Shown in pieces: positions 62,040-64,000 of a DNA stretch of 64,000 bases. The stretch is from Felis catus (taxonomy: Eukaryota). Under the pieces are notes generated by a model that saw only the letters and a list, made by a program, of their open reading frames with translations, had not been told where the DNA came from and made no database searches. The position numbers were made by a program, and so were the translations under genes. How positions within the stretch are numbered: position 1 is the first letter of the stretch; each line of letters begins with the position of its first letter. Location: NCBI RefSeq assembly GCF_018350175.1, contig NC_058368.1, forward strand, positions 40,922,001 to 40,986,000. Direction: 5' to 3'.

Positions 62040-62601
62040 TGTGGTGGATCTGTATTGTATCAATTTAAGTTTAAATTTTGTTTGCCAGAATGTCTTTCTT
62101 TGTGGAGTCCAGGGAAGGGTTGGAAGACAGAGGTGAAGTGGCAGCTATATTCTTGTTCTACGCTTCAGGTTTGAGCAGAGCTTGAGGTGCTGTTCTCCCT
62201 AAGGGTGTGGGTTACTTACCTGCTTTCTCACTTTGTTAGGCGGGGCAGGAGCAGGACTTGAAGCAACAACCTCAGCCCCTGCCATTCTACTGGACCACGT
62301 GTGCACCTAGATCCATGAGGAAAGCAGCCAGGTTCTCCTAAAAGACATTTGCAATCATCTAGGCTGGGAGCTTGGAGTTAATGAGAAACCAACAAAGATT
62401 CCATTCATCCTCCCAAGAACCAATTTATCCTTCCCTTCCCAACCACCTATCTGCTTACTTCAGGCCTCCAAGAACACAAAAGAAATGATCACAGATTGTT
62501 AAACCAGTTCCCCAATTGTCCGAAGCAAATTTGTATAGTAAGTGCCTTGTTATATATAACTTTCATGGGTCCACTTCTCTGATTGAACCATGACTGATAC
62601 T
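62040..62601 (+). mobile_element. ERVL solo LTR (LTR41/LTR52-like)
   Basis: Begins tgtggtgg..tgtatcaa..ccagaat; ends cttctctgattgaaccatgactgatac. Confidence 0.7.
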
Positions 62602-62852
62602 GCATCTTTAACAAAATTCGGTGATAGGAAATTCTCACAAATTCCATGACATGATCAGGAGTAGCCAGCTTCCCGACTGTGGGATTGACACATGAGAGGC
62701 TGATATATGGCCTCAGCTGCCAATGTAAAATGTTTAAAAAATAGAATACCTGATAATAGATGTAGGAAAAATGTTAGAGTAAGAAAAATGCCAATTTTGC
62801 AACCCTTAATGAAATCATTGATTCCAGTGAGGATAATCGGTAAATAAAAATT

Positions 62853-62969
62853 AGGGATGCCTGAGTGACTCAGTCAGGTGAGCCTCTGACTCTTGATTTC
62901 AGCTCAGGTCATGATCCCAGGGATCGAGCCCCATGTTGGATTCCATGCCCAGCATGGAACCTACCTAAG

Positions 62970-63032
<63 letters not shown>

Positions 63033-63102
63033 CTCTGTACCCCTCTCTCCCACCCACTCTCTATCCTCTCAAGTAAAATACAAAAAAACGAAATGAAATA
63101 TT
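62853..63102 (+). mobile_element. Can-SINE with long (CT)n
   Basis: gggatgcctgagtgactcagtc..gactcttgatttcagctcaggtcatgatc. Confidence 0.93.
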
Positions 63103-63139
63103 AAGGGGAGAAGTATGGTAAGGAAAATGGGAGCTCAAT

Positions 63140-64000
63140 GTCTTCACCTAAACCTGCAGATTACTCTTCAGTCATTGGGGGGGAAAGTCAGATATATATG
63201 CTCCCCAATATGAGGTAATGTGACGTTCACACTAGCCATGATCTATTCTTGCACACAATGTTAAACCTGGATCAATCAAATAAAACCTTTAAACAAAAAT
63301 CTAGCTTACAAGAAATATGGGAAATGGAAGAATATGTAAAATAGCATCATGAGGGGAAAAAAATCCACAATGCAAGACATTATCTGGGATAATTGACACA
63401 ATTTCCTCAACAAATCAATGTCACAGAGAAACACTTAAGGAATATAATAATCAAAAGTATTGTATGCACCTCATTTGGAACCTGATTTGAATAAACACAT
63501 ATAAAAGAATACCAGATTCGAGACTACTAGGGAAATTTTAATATGTAATGGATAGGGAGAGATTATTGTTAATTTTTAGGTATAATTTTATCACTATGGT
63601 TACGCAAAGAACTCTTTAAAAATGCATAATGAGGTATGTAAAGTGGAAAACATGAGGTCTAGGATTAGGATTTTTTTTAATGTTTATTTATTTTTGAGAG
63701 AGAGAGTGAGAGCAGGGGAGGGGTAGAGAGAGAGAGAGACACCAGAATTTGAAGCAGGCTCCAGGCTCCAGGCTCTGGGCTGTCAGCACAGAGCCTGACA
63801 TGGGGCTTGAATCCATGAACTGTGAGATTACGACCTGAGCAGAAGTTGAACACTTAACTGACTGAGCCACCCAGGCACCTCTAGGATTAGGATTTTCTTA
63901 AATTACCTGGTCAACAACAATAGCAAAAGCTAGATGAAGTAGGTTTAAAACTTGAGAGCTATTGAATCTGGATTATAGATATGGAGATTCATTACCCCAT
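63140..64000 (+). mobile_element. L1MC4/5-like 3' end, interrupted by a SINE
   Basis: tcaacaaatcaatg..cctcatttgga.cctgatttgaataaac..ggaaattttaatatg..attattgttaatttttaggt..ggagattcatta. Confidence 0.65.
63675..63879 (-). mobile_element. Can-SINE
   Basis: Perfect 17-bp TSD tctaggattaggatttt at 63658-63674 and 63880-63896. Confidence 0.97.

Overview
AT-rich, repeat-dense mammalian genomic DNA, almost certainly from a felid: about 20 Can-SINEs of the SINEC_Fc type plus cat-type L1. It reads as intergenic or deep intronic. I recognise no host protein-coding exon and no functional RNA gene; most ORFs in the track are L1 or SINE fragments or low-complexity artefacts, and none of the rest is a recognisable protein. 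The main elements are two degenerate full-length L1s lying head-to-head (minus ~17567-24693, plus ~40031-46515), a young 5'-truncated L1 with a perfect 17-bp TSD (26132-28812), and many older fossils (L1M, L2, L3/CR1, MIR, MaLR/ERVL LTRs, MER82, MER103C-like). Most interesting: (1) both full-length L1 5'UTRs carry a CTCF-like core with an upstream module, and the two sites are convergent ~17.5 kb apart; (2) both 5'UTRs have long antisense ORFs at homologous positions (ORF0-like candidate); (3) a ~2 kb nearly pure A/T, internally palindromic, tandem-duplicated array at 57.1-59.1 kb, which may be partly an assembly artefact. Subfamily names come from recall of consensus sequences and need RepeatMasker/Dfam confirmation. 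Boundaries of old repeats are approximate. I see no firm evidence of a wholly new biological system.
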